Origin: Candidatus Heimdallarchaeota archaeon
GTDB lineage: Archaea; Asgardarchaeota; Heimdallarchaeia; Heimdallarchaeales; Heimdallarchaeaceae
Direction: 5' to 3'
Length of the DNA stretch: 30,710 nucleotides
NCBI GenBank assembly: GCA_016840095.1
Contig: JAEOSZ010000036.1
Location: 1-30,710, forward strand
The notes beneath the pieces are model-generated. The model searched no databases and had not been told where the DNA came from. It worked only from the letters and a program-made list of their open reading frames with translations. How positions within the stretch are numbered: the first letter of the stretch is position 1; each line of letters opens with the position of its first letter. Shown here in pieces: positions 16,200 through 25,246 of this stretch. A program made the position numbers and the translations under genes.

Positions 16200-17930
16200 T
16201 CATCCGTGTATGTAATTCATCTTTACTTTATCTGTTATTTTATTAACTTTTGTATACCCAAAGCGTTCAAGTTGAACAATCTCACCAATCTTGAGATTTT
16301 TTAGTTCTTTTTCCCCATAACCTTGGATATGTTTCAAGCTATCTTTGTTTATTCGATTATTTAAATATAACATTTCTGGCTTCACAATTTCAACAGAAAC
16401 AGGATCAGATACCCATTGGACTCGAGGAACATTACCCAACAGTTCATCACTCATTATATCTGCTTTAAATTCTGTTTCCGACACTTTTTCCACTATCTTA
16501 ATGTTGTATAGGTCCTTCATTCTAATAATTGTATCAATATTCAAAATATTTAGATCCATTTTACTCAAATAAAGAATATCTTCAACATTAACTTGTCTTG
16601 ATCCAAGTTCTTTGTTGTTAGGATGTAAATCAATATCAACTTTTAGTGACATTGGATTGTTAATCTTAATTGTAATAGGATCATCAACGAAGAAGAAATG
16701 TTTGGAATCTGGCTCGATAAATTTTCTATTAATTGAAGAAATTAACGACCAGTCTATGCTAGTAGTTGACTTTGTAGCTCCAACTCTTTTGATCATCTCA
16801 ACAAAGGTTTCTGGTTGAATACCTCTTCTCTTGAGCGCTTGATATGTTACTAATCTATAATCATCCCATCCAGTGACAATTTTCTGATCAACCAACTCTC
16901 TGATAACTCTACCCTGAGTTGGTGCTCCTATAACATTAAATCTCGCATATTCCAAGAATTGTGGTATTTTCAAACCTAGTTTTGCTGATATCAAACTTTG
17001 AAGCTCTTCCCTCATTTTACCAAATTCAATACTCCGCAAAATGTGGGTTACTCCAGTATAATCTTCCATTATTGGAGATTCAAAATCATACATAGGCCAG
17101 AGAACATAATTATCTCCTTGGATGCAATGTGCATGATTAGAAATTCTTAGCAACACTGGATCTCTAAGAACTGCATTTTTGGAGGACATGTCTCCCCTTA
17201 ATCTAATGACCGCATCTCCTGGATCATAATGACCTTCAAGTATTTTTTCGAAAAACTCAAGATTTTTTTCTACTGAATTTTCTAAATTGCATGAACAAGG
17301 TTTTTCTTCGTTACGCAATTTTGCCATGGTGTCTCTATCACAAGTACAAACAAAAGTTTCATTTTTCTCTATAAGTTCCTTAGCCTTTTCATAGTATAAA
17401 CTAAGATGATCTGAAGCAAGTACTTCATCATCTACTTTTAGATTCATCCATTGGATAGCTTCTCTGAAACTATCATAGAATTCTAATTGAACTTTCTCAG
17501 GATTAGTATCATCAAATCTAAGAATCCTTTGACCCTCGTATCTCTCTGCAATTAAATGATTAATACTGAAAGATAGCATTTGACCAATATGAGGGTGCTT
17601 TGATGGTTCTGGAGGATATCTGACAGTTACTTCTCCTTTAACTGCATTAATAATTTCCGGAAGATAGTCTCTTTCCTTTTTCTCTTCAATAATACTTTCA
17701 GGATATTTTTCTTCCACAATTTCCTGCAACTTACTAGTAGGCATTTCATTGGTTTCAGAAATAATATTATCTAGTAATGGTTGAATTTCCTTAACTTGAC
17801 TTCTAAGCTCAGGATAATTAGCCATTAATTTTTTGAGAACTATTTTTTTATCTGCTGTGCCATATTTGTAGGCATTTATCATAACTTCTTTGTAGATAAT
17901 ATCTTCAGCATTACTCATGTTATGATTCAC
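16200..17930 (-). CDS. gltX: Glutamate--tRNA ligase, archaeal type
   Basis: RYPPEPSKHPHIGQ, LRFDDTNP, WPMYDF, THILRS and IVQLERFGY. The start may be the ATG at 17918. Confidence 0.95.
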   Translation of the reverse strand: MNHNMSNAEDIIYKEVMINAYKYGTADKKIVLKKLMANYPELRSQVKEIQPLLDNIISETNEMPTSKLQEIVEEKYPESIIEEKKERDYLPEIINAVKGEVTVRYPPEPSKHPHIGQMLSFSINHLIAERYEGQRILRFDDTNPEKVQLEFYDSFREAIQWMNLKVDDEVLASDHLSLYYEKAKELIEKNETFVCTCDRDTMAKLRNEEKPCSCNLENSVEKNLEFFEKILEGHYDPGDAVIRLRGDMSSKNAVLRDPVLLRISNHAHCIQGDNYVLWPMYDFESPIMEDYTGVTHILRSIEFGKMREELQSLISAKLGLKIPQFLEYARFNVIGAPTQGRVIRELVDQKIVTGWDDYRLVTYQALKRRGIQPETFVEMIKRVGATKSTTSIDWSLISSINRKFIEPDSKHFFFVDDPITIKINNPMSLKVDIDLHPNNKELGSRQVNVEDILYLSKMDLNILNIDTIIRMKDLYNIKIVEKVSETEFKADIMSDELLGNVPRVQWVSDPVSVEIVKPEMLYLNNRINKDSLKHIQGYGEKELKNLKIGEIVQLERFGYTKVNKITDKVKMNYIHG

Positions 17931-18009
17931 TTAAATTCTCACTTTAAATACTTGATTGTTTAGAATAAAAACTTCTATGCTCTGAAAAGAGAATTTAAGA
18001 TATAAAAAT

Positions 18010-18339
18010 CTATGATAAGACCTGTGGTGAGAAGTTTATCATAGTTTCTCTTTCTAATAGTTTCTCTTCTTGTGCGAGTTCTAATAACCTTGGAGCGGTT
18101 TTTCTAATAAGAACTTGATGTTTATCTTTCTGAATTTTTGAACAAAGTAATCCTTTGTTACAAGAACCTTTACCAAAATATACTGTTTTTTTAGTATCGT
18201 AAAACAGTGAACCCCCTTTTGACGGACAATTGCAGATTTCTAAGAATATTGGAGAATCAGTATATCCGTTGCTAGTTTTTATCCTTGCAATAGCTTTTTC
18301 GAGCTTGTAGTTGAGAAATGTATCTTTAGTTGTTCTCAT
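18010..18339 (-). CDS. Hypothetical basic protein with four Cys
   Basis: 109-aa ATG ORF filling an intergenic gap; no family recognised. Confidence 0.5.
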   Translation of the reverse strand: MRTTKDTFLNYKLEKAIARIKTSNGYTDSPIFLEICNCPSKGGSLFYDTKKTVYFGKGSCNKGLLCSKIQKDKHQVLIRKTAPRLLELAQEEKLLERETMINFSPQVLS

Positions 18340-18498
18340 TTAACTCAGAGAAAAATATTATTCATATATTAAGTAGTGTTGTAATATCCGGAAATTATAC
18401 TAGCCATGTCACAGATAAATTCCAGATATCATCCAGTTATTTCATTGAGAGGAAAAAATTAAAAACACTGTCATAATTACACACTTGAGGAACTGAAA

Positions 18499-19191
18499 GT
18501 GTGGATTGCAAAAATCTCAGGTGTAACTAACTTTGACACAGCCTTATCTGTAGATGTATCAGAGTATTTTGCCATAGGTGCAATAATTGACAACATAAAT
18601 GATATAAGATCCGTCAGTATGGTAGATGCTCGTAGAATCTTTGCGAATATCAGAAAGTGTACAACAATTGCAGAAATTGTTCCTTCTTCACTTGATGATA
18701 TCTTCGAAACTCAAGATGTATGTCAACCCAAAATGATTCAAATTAATGGAGAATTTTTCAATGATATTAACAATTTAATTGCTCTCCAATCTACTGCAAC
18801 AATTCCTATTATAGGTTCTTTATTCTTAGATAAAGAAACATTGGAATCTAATATACTTGACCCTGATCCAATAAAAGCTGCTCAAACCCTAGATCAATTC
18901 GTTCAAATCATTAACATTAATCTTCCACTTGGTGCAAATTGGGAGTCTGAGGAAACAAAGAAGAAGCTAGTTGATATGATTGTAAGAATCGAAGAAGTCA
19001 TTACAAAACCTTTAGTTATTGGCGGAGGATTAAATTCTTCCAATGTTGGAGATGTTATTGAAGCTCTTACACCAAATGCTGTTGATGTTTCATCAGGTGT
19101 GGAAAAATTAAGTGGAATTAAGAATCCTGAATTAATGCAAGAATTCTTGCAAGCTGTATATGATCATAAAGAGCTTTTAGAAGGTGTGTAA
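18499..19191 (+). CDS. TrpF (phosphoribosylanthranilate isomerase)-like TIM-barrel protein lacking catalytic residues
   Basis: KISGV (canonical KICG), IQING, GGGLNSSNV and VDVSSGVE...K. GAGG Shine-Dalgarno before the GTG start. Confidence 0.8.
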   Translation: MWIAKISGVTNFDTALSVDVSEYFAIGAIIDNINDIRSVSMVDARRIFANIRKCTTIAEIVPSSLDDIFETQDVCQPKMIQINGEFFNDINNLIALQSTATIPIIGSLFLDKETLESNILDPDPIKAAQTLDQFVQIININLPLGANWESEETKKKLVDMIVRIEEVITKPLVIGGGLNSSNVGDVIEALTPNAVDVSSGVEKLSGIKNPELMQEFLQAVYDHKELLEGV

Positions 19192-19197
19192 GTTAGC

Positions 19198-19908
19198 TTA
19201 AAAAAGTGATTTGAAATACAACCATATCACTTTTTTAGAAATTTTTGATTCTCCAGAATGTCTAGTTCCAAAAACATAATCTACATGTCCAACCTTTAAT
19301 TTCAAGCGATAAGTTTTCAAGAAATCAAAAAGGACTTTATATCCTTCAAGAATGAATTTGCTCTTATTTTCTTTGATATATTCTTGCCAAATCTCTGTTT
19401 TAGATGCAAACAACCCAGTCATTACATCCTTTACCCTATTCCTTCCACGAAATATCAGTGCTAATTTTCCGAGTAATCTTGCTACAAATGACATAAGTTT
19501 TCTATAAAAGGACCAATTTCCAACAATTTCAACTCGATTTCCAGCAACTAAATCATAATCCTCTTCTAGTAATTTAAGAAATCCTGGAATGGCATTAGGC
19601 GGATGTTGTAGATCCCCATCCATGACAAGAAAATATGAAGTTGTACAATTTAGAATAGCATCTAAAACACTAACAGTTAATCCATGAACATCTTCATTTA
19701 CTCTATCCAGGAAGAGAGTTTCAAGTTTTCCTTCGAAAGTTTCTGTTATCTCTTTAGTTTTATCTTTTGATCCATCATCAGAAACAATAACTTTGCAATT
19801 TGGACAATTCTTCTCTAGTAAAACTAATAGGTCACCTAGAGATTTTTCTTCATTTAGGGTCGGAATGATTACAGTAAGATTGCTGAAATCTAAATTTACT
19901 TCAGTCAT
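19198..19908 (-). CDS. GT2 glycosyltransferase, dolichol-phosphate mannosyltransferase (DPM1-like)
   Basis: IIPTLNE, SDDGSKD, MDGDLQHPP, GYKVL and FGTRHSGESKI. ATG at 19908 fits the family N-terminus better than 19986. Confidence 0.85.
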   Translation of the reverse strand: MTEVNLDFSNLTVIIPTLNEEKSLGDLLVLLEKNCPNCKVIVSDDGSKDKTKEITETFEGKLETLFLDRVNEDVHGLTVSVLDAILNCTTSYFLVMDGDLQHPPNAIPGFLKLLEEDYDLVAGNRVEIVGNWSFYRKLMSFVARLLGKLALIFRGRNRVKDVMTGLFASKTEIWQEYIKENKSKFILEGYKVLFDFLKTYRLKLKVGHVDYVFGTRHSGESKISKKVIWLYFKSLF

Positions 19909-20045
19909 CTCTTTCTTTTTGTTTAGAACATTTAAAAAAGTTAACGTATCAATGTAATCAGTGTGTAATTCTTGAGCAATATGCACAGCTCTTTCCTTAC
20001 ATCTTTAACAAACCTCATATAGTAATTCCAGTTTATTTTATTAGA

Positions 20046-20579
20046 ATGTCATTACCTCCCAATGTTACTTACATCATTAAAATTATCAATGCTGGAGATT
20101 ATGCGGTTGGTAAAACAAGTTTAGCAATTCGCTATACTCAAAACCGTTTTTCATCCTCGTATCTTCCAACACTTGGTGTAGATTTCTATAGTAAAATGAT
20201 TCAACATGATGAAGATACAACATTGAGGTTAGTTCTCTTTGATACAGTAGGTCAGGAAAAATTAGTTACTCTCAGAAAACGATATTATACAGGTGCTCAT
20301 GGAGCTGTTGTAGTTTTTGACATAACTAGAAAAGAATCCTTTGAACACATAGAAAATTGGATCAATGAAGTCGAAGAAAAGTGTACTGATATCCCTATTA
20401 TTATTGTGGGAAACAAAACTGACCTAGATGAAGAAAGGGCTGTAGATTTCAAAGATCTGGAAAAGAAATGGGGCTCAAAAGGTTATACAGTACTAGAATC
20501 GTCAGCTAAACTGGGAGAAGGAGTTAACGATATTTATACGATAATTGCAAAGAAAGTAATGGAGAAAATGGGATATTAA
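20046..20579 (+). CDS. Rab-like small GTPase
   Basis: G1 GDYAVGKTS, G2 YLPTLGVDF, G3 DTVGQE, YYTGAHG, G4 GNKTD, G5 ESSAK. No hypervariable tail or terminal Cys. Confidence 0.95.
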   Translation: MSLPPNVTYIIKIINAGDYAVGKTSLAIRYTQNRFSSSYLPTLGVDFYSKMIQHDEDTTLRLVLFDTVGQEKLVTLRKRYYTGAHGAVVVFDITRKESFEHIENWINEVEEKCTDIPIIIVGNKTDLDEERAVDFKDLEKKWGSKGYTVLESSAKLGEGVNDIYTIIAKKVMEKMGY

Positions 20580-21292
20580 TTTTGTCTCCATAATTCTACA
20601 GCAATGATTTTACCATTTTCTAGAAACAATCTAGGTATATAATCATCTGCAACGAACGAACCATCTGGAAGTTTTACTTTAGAATCAGAATCCGGTTCCT
20701 CAATATTTTCAGGAGCTATAAAGAGCGAATCTCCTACAAGTACATAATCTCTAATACTGTCTTTTATTGGAGGAAGAACTTGGAGTTGTCTAAAAATATG
20801 TTCTACATCAATGATTTTTGTTGAAACAGCTTTAGGTTCATATCTTTTTGGTTCTGTTTTCTTAGTCTCCTTAGGTTGAGTAGTTTTTTTTGGTGTTTCT
20901 TTTGGAACTTCCTTCTTCTCAGGTTTAGGCTTTGCTTCAGTTTTTGGTTCTGGTTTAGGTTCAGTTTTTGGTTCTGGTTTAGGTTTAGGTTTTGGCTTTG
21001 CAGCTGTTCCTCCCGAAGTAGCATTGATAGCTTCATCAATTGCATCAAGGAATTCGTTACTAGTTGCGGATTCTTCGAGATTAACAATTTTATAACCCAG
21101 TTCCATTCTCAATCGAGCTGTTTCTCTTGCACAAGCAAATTTAGAGTGAGGTGATGATTGACCACCTATCCATGTGTAAATCTTTTTCTGATTATGAGAT
21201 ATGACTACCAAAACATTAGCAGAATCTAAGGCAACTTCCTTATTAGTGCACTCAGTCATTTCTCCAGTAGACTGTATAATATATAGAGTCAT
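20576..21292 (-). CDS. Single gelsolin-like domain + PK/PE-rich linker + unknown C-terminal domain
   Basis: LDSANVLVVI...KIYTWIGGQSS...KFACAR...EESATSNEF matches the gelsolin repeat pattern. Start placed at ATG 21292, because the longer ORF runs into a structured non-coding region. Confidence 0.78.
   Translation of the reverse strand: MTLYIIQSTGEMTECTNKEVALDSANVLVVISHNQKKIYTWIGGQSSPHSKFACARETARLRMELGYKIVNLEESATSNEFLDAIDEAINATSGGTAAKPKPKPKPEPKTEPKPEPKTEAKPKPEKKEVPKETPKKTTQPKETKKTEPKRYEPKAVSTKIIDVEHIFRQLQVLPPIKDSIRDYVLVGDSLFIAPENIEEPDSDSKVKLPDGSFVADDYIPRLFLENGKIIAVELWRQN
20936..20983. repeat. Two perfect 24-bp tandem copies encoding PKPEPKTE in the gelsolin-protein linker
   Basis: TTCAGTTTTTGGTTCTGGTTTAGG x2, flanked by degenerate 6-bp AGGTTT units. 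Confidence 0.9.
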
Positions 21293-21326
21293 TTGATTCG
21301 AGTAAAAACATAGTTTTATCATTTTT

Positions 21327-21540
21327 ATAGTTAGTGATAGTTCTCTTTGGACTATCTGACTGTAGATATGTGTTGTATGATGAGTTTTTGTCATGTTGGC
21401 ATCTTAGCAATTGCCAAACATTGTTGAGCATGTTTCATAGTCGATGTGGGTATCATTCCTGGTGGGTCCAAACGCACCCTACGAGGATACGTGATGTATC
21501 CCCTTAGAGTGAGTATTGCAAATATATACTGAACTCTAAG
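21327..21540 (+). ncRNA. Candidate structured non-coding RNA of unknown class
   Basis: About 40% GC by hand count, against very AT-rich neighbouring intergenic DNA. Hairpins at 21327-21363, 21393-21421, 21485-21501 and 21503-21540. G-U pairs form on the + strand. Confidence 0.5.
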
Positions 21541-21730
21541 AAATAGATTCAACTAATCTTATCTAAAGTGATAGATGGAAAAACTCATCAAAATTACTGC
21601 TAGTTTCCTCCTTTTTCCAGATTCTAGCTTTCTTTTACTGATTCTTTTGTTTCTGCTACTCTCAAATTCTGAAACATGAAAAGAAGGAAAAAATTTCTTT
21701 GTTGCATATAGAAAAAGTTTCAAAAGAAAT

Positions 21731-21807
21731 ATATACGAAATAAATATACGAATAAATGTTAAATAGTCCTTATACAATATAGTGTTGTAGAATACTATAT
21801 TACTATA
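21731..21807 (+). promoter_or_regulatory. Putative promoter/operator region of the pilus platform operon
   Basis: Direct repeat ATATACGAA at 21731 and 21744, TATA-like TTAAATA at ~21759, imperfect inverted repeat at 21778-21807. Confidence 0.35.
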
Positions 21808-21825
21808 AGTCTCGAGGCTAAAAAA

Positions 21826-22689
21826 ATGAGTTCAAAAATAATAGAATCTATAGCGTATTCTTATATAGGGAGGTTTATTGAACCATATCTTGCAGAATTT
21901 GATGGGTTAAAAACAAGCCTACGGAAGGCTGGAATAGATAAGAGTGTGAGAATGTATCTCAGTGTTAGAATCTTTTGGGCTATAATTCTATCAATTGTTT
22001 CTCTTGTTGTTCTTATAGCTGTAAAAATAGTGGTAAGTGAATTTTCTGTAATTCTTGTAATTGTTCTGCCAATTTTAGTTCTAGTTAGTATGTTTGTGTT
22101 TACATGGGTATACCCTAGCTACCAAGTAGGAGAAAGAAAACGAAAATTGGAAGCTGCATTACCAACTGCCGCAGGATATATGACCGCTATGGCTTCTGCA
22201 GGGGTTACTCCAGATAGGATATTTCTATCTCTGACAAAAGAGAAAATTGGAGAAGCAATTGTAAAAGATGCAAAGAAAATATCCAGAGACATACAAGTGT
22301 TTGGTTATGATATAGTACATGCTTTAAGTGAGGCATCTCTCAGATCACCTTCAGCTAAATACTCAAGTTTCTTGGAAGGAATCGTTGGGACTTTCACTTC
22401 AGGTGGAGAGTTACAAAGATACTTGGAAGTATCTTCTGAAACTTTGATGAATGACAAAGTTCAGAGTGAGAAGAATTTCATTGATACTCTGGGAATAATG
22501 GCTGAATTGTTTATGGTTTTAGGAGTAGTTGCTCCGATATTCTTCATTGTTATACTTGCAATGATGTCGATGCTAGGAGGTTCAGCAGGAAACGCGAATC
22601 TTCTAATGGCTGTTCTAGTGTATATAATTATACCTGTTTCAGAACTAGTAATTATTGTGCTGATTGATGCACAACAACCGGAGATGTAG
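21826..22689 (+). CDS. Type II secretion system F-domain membrane platform protein (TadC/ArlJ-like)
   Basis: LRKAG...Y, two TMs, ERKRKLEAALP, G.DIVHAL....RSPS, SGGEL, two C-terminal TMs. Confidence 0.92.
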   Translation: MSSKIIESIAYSYIGRFIEPYLAEFDGLKTSLRKAGIDKSVRMYLSVRIFWAIILSIVSLVVLIAVKIVVSEFSVILVIVLPILVLVSMFVFTWVYPSYQVGERKRKLEAALPTAAGYMTAMASAGVTPDRIFLSLTKEKIGEAIVKDAKKISRDIQVFGYDIVHALSEASLRSPSAKYSSFLEGIVGTFTSGGELQRYLEVSSETLMNDKVQSEKNFIDTLGIMAELFMVLGVVAPIFFIVILAMMSMLGGSAGNANLLMAVLVYIIIPVSELVIIVLIDAQQPEM

Positions 22690-22698
22690 GTGAAGAAA

Positions 22699-23628
22699 AT
22701 GGCAATAAGTGACGAAGTTGAAGTTGAGGTTAAAAGGTTTCAAATCACACAAGATATAATTTATTGGATAATCGCTGGAGTTGCTGGTGTAATTCTAGTT
22801 ACATTAGGTATTATTGATGTTATCTCTCAAAAGGCTGGTGGAGATTTTATTTCGATTCTTGATATTAATGATTTTATAATTCTAGCCATTATTATTGTAG
22901 TAGGAATACCCACATTTCTGATCATATATAGAGAGGAAAGAAGACAAGCTAGAATAGATGAAAATCTCCCATATCTTTTAAGAGAGATTAGTAATGCACA
23001 GAGAACTGGTATGGCACTCCCAAGAGCTATCCAAGAATCAGCAAAAAGACATTATGGACCTTTGACTCCAGAATTAAGAAAAATGTCAAGTAAAATCTCA
23101 TGGGGTATTCCATTCAATCAAGCAATGGGTGATTTCCAAGAATCTATCGATACTCCTTTAGCTCAAAGAGCTACTCTATTGATATTGGAAGCTGAAAGAT
23201 CTGGTGGAAATCTTGAAGAAATTTTTGAAGCAACTGAAAAATATGTTCAAACTCTCTTAAATCTCAAGAAAGAAAGAGAGGGTGCAATGAGACCCTATGT
23301 TTGGATTGTTTATGCATCCTTTATAATATTCATTTTGGTTGTAGTAATTCTCTTTCAAACATTCTTTATACCGTTCTTCTCTGCGAATATCTCATCAGAA
23401 CAAACTGCTGGTATGTTCTTAGTCAATATTGATCTAGATGTACTCGAAGTTCTCTTCTTACACATGCTTGCTATACAGGGATTCTTCTCTGGATTGGTAG
23501 CAGGTAAAATGTCCAAAATGTCAATAAAAGCAGGAATGATGCACTCAGTAGTATTGATGTTCATAGGATGGTTTGCATTTAAGATCTTTATACAGCCTGA
23601 TAACCCTATTTTCAATATAGGGATATAG
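22699..23628 (+). CDS. Second type II secretion system F-domain protein (TadB/TadC-like)
   Basis: IDENLPYLLREI...TGM.L..AI, YGPLTPEL, WGIPF, ERSGG and QGFFSGLVAGKM. ATG at 22699 follows an AGGTGA Shine-Dalgarno. Confidence 0.92.
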   Translation: MAISDEVEVEVKRFQITQDIIYWIIAGVAGVILVTLGIIDVISQKAGGDFISILDINDFIILAIIIVVGIPTFLIIYREERRQARIDENLPYLLREISNAQRTGMALPRAIQESAKRHYGPLTPELRKMSSKISWGIPFNQAMGDFQESIDTPLAQRATLLILEAERSGGNLEEIFEATEKYVQTLLNLKKEREGAMRPYVWIVYASFIIFILVVVILFQTFFIPFFSANISSEQTAGMFLVNIDLDVLEVLFLHMLAIQGFFSGLVAGKMSKMSIKAGMMHSVVLMFIGWFAFKIFIQPDNPIFNIGI

Positions 23629-23648
23629 TAATCGGTGATGATGAAATT

Positions 23649-24077
23649 ATGGGAAAACTTGAAGACGACGTTAAAAACATAAAGGAACAAGTCGAAGAAC
23701 TACAGAAACTAGTAAATAATATGAGCTTCAATGTAATTCGAATTATGGGGACTCTAGAAAAGGGTGTAGCTCCTTCTGTTGATGGAGAATCTGGAGGAGA
23801 AGTTGGGTCTGTTTCAGTTGATCTTGGTCCATTAGAAGACAAACTTGAGCAACTTGAAACATCCATGATCACTAAAGAAGACTTAGGTCAGATCAAAGAA
23901 CAGATCGATAATTTGGTTTCCGAAAAAATTCAAAAAGCAGAAGATATGCAAGAAAGAGCATCCAATTTGCTTGATAAAGGAATGGAGTTAGTTGAACTGG
24001 AAGCAACTCTTGCAGAGATTAAATCTCTTCTTGAAGAACGAATTTTAGGCGATGATGTAGAAGTTAAAGGAGAATAA
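23649..24077 (+). CDS. Acidic coiled-coil protein in the pilus operon
   Basis: Two heptad segments separated by a G/S/E linker; no TM; GGTGA Shine-Dalgarno. Confidence 0.7.
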   Translation: MGKLEDDVKNIKEQVEELQKLVNNMSFNVIRIMGTLEKGVAPSVDGESGGEVGSVSVDLGPLEDKLEQLETSMITKEDLGQIKEQIDNLVSEKIQKAEDMQERASNLLDKGMELVELEATLAEIKSLLEERILGDDVEVKGE

Positions 24078-24081
24078 TCAG

Positions 24082-25242
24082 TTGAAAGAATCTAAGAAAA
24101 CCAAAGGATTGAAAGCAATTCTTAAAGGAAAAAGAGCTCAAATAAGAGGTGTTGATTTCGCATTAGCTCTTCTAATCTTTGTTATTGCATTCAGTCAAGT
24201 TATCATAGTTCTTTCAAATCTACTGATTCCTTCTCTAGTACAAATGCAAACTTATTCTCAAGAACAGGAACTGAATAAGCTTTATAGTAATATTTTCTTC
24301 TCTGAAGGTAATCCAAGTAATTGGGGAACCATAGCAACTAGTTCTTTTACTGATTTCAAACTGGGACTTATGCACACTTCAGGTAGTCTTGATTTTACAA
24401 AAATTAACAGATTAACTAATGATCTTTCTTCTTACTGGAATATTAATTACTTGAATGCTAAATTGTCCTACAATCTGATCAAAGACTTTGCGGTTAGTGT
24501 ATATTCTCCTATAACGGTTACTGTTGATGATTATACAGCTGCTTTCGGCTTAATCACTCTTTATGGACAAGTACTGGAGTATCAGACCCCTATTGAAAAT
24601 GCGAAAATTTGGGCTTTTGCTGTGGATAACAATGACAATGTAGTTACAAACTTTACAACAACTCAAGATATCTCAGGTTCAATAAGCTATACAGCAACAT
24701 TAAATGGTCCTGATTCTAATTACTTCACTGTAGTAGTTTTTGCTCAAGTTGGGGAAATTTATCAAGATTACAAAGTTATACGACTTGAAAGAGAAAGTGC
24801 TGGTCTAGAATATGAGATAGTTGATTTTCATTTTAGACCATTTGTAAGAGAAAATACTGCCTCGATAAGTTCAGCAGTAGATTTAACCGTTGAAAGGGAT
24901 GTTCTAAGTGATGAGGCAAGTGTAGTCGTTGTATTTCCATTCTCTGATTATGGAGTTGAATATTATTTAGGAAACTTAACTCAAACAACAACTGCTGAAG
25001 GAGAGGTCTATGAAGGAGTAGGAATTTCTATACCTTCTGATGGTTTAGCAGTAGTAATAGTGAACGAACGAACTGAGTCTACATTTTCAGCAGGTTATAT
25101 GGGTGTCCCAATGTTTCTAAGCTCTGAGCATGGAGGTATCTTCTCTCATTCCTCATTTGAAGAACAACAATCTTACATTTCAAAAACACAGTTGCTGTTA
25201 ATCAGAAATGTACTTCTAAAATGTCAAATATGGTACTGGTGA
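24082..25242 (+). CDS. Large type IV pilin-like protein (class III signal peptide)
   Basis: Basic leader ending KGKRA, then QIRGVDFALALLIF hydrophobic helix and a beta-rich ectodomain. Confidence 0.8.
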   Translation: MKESKKTKGLKAILKGKRAQIRGVDFALALLIFVIAFSQVIIVLSNLLIPSLVQMQTYSQEQELNKLYSNIFFSEGNPSNWGTIATSSFTDFKLGLMHTSGSLDFTKINRLTNDLSSYWNINYLNAKLSYNLIKDFAVSVYSPITVTVDDYTAAFGLITLYGQVLEYQTPIENAKIWAFAVDNNDNVVTNFTTTQDISGSISYTATLNGPDSNYFTVVVFAQVGEIYQDYKVIRLERESAGLEYEIVDFHFRPFVRENTASISSAVDLTVERDVLSDEASVVVVFPFSDYGVEYYLGNLTQTTTAEGEVYEGVGISIPSDGLAVVIVNERTESTFSAGYMGVPMFLSSEHGGIFSHSSFEEQQSYISKTQLLLIRNVLLKCQIWYW

Positions 25243-25246
25243 TAAT

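Noticed and set aside
18380-18450. Imperfect palindrome around TCCGGA and TCCAG repeats as an origin (ORB) or operator
   Set aside because: No G-string ORB consensus, no adjacent orc1/cdc6, and too short to distinguish from chance.
20803-21154. ORFs with LNQNQK and FWFRF repeats
   Set aside because: Alternative-frame readings of the PKPE linker repeat of the gelsolin-domain gene.
21293-21394. N-terminal extension of the gelsolin ORF in the ORF track
   Set aside because: Runs through a TATA-like element and the structured GC-rich region; the domain begins at Met 21292.
21327-21540. Assignment of the structured element as SRP RNA, RNase P RNA, SECIS or hammerhead ribozyme
   Set aside because: A CUGUAG word follows the first hairpin, but there is no SRP helix-8 motif. 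No RNase P CR-I/CR-V, the GA quartets are out of SECIS register, and there is no CUGANGA/GAAA core.
21559-21777. 72-aa minus-strand ORF
   Set aside because: Non-ATG start, low-complexity F/K/I composition typical of AT-rich non-coding DNA, and it overlaps the putative pilus promoter.
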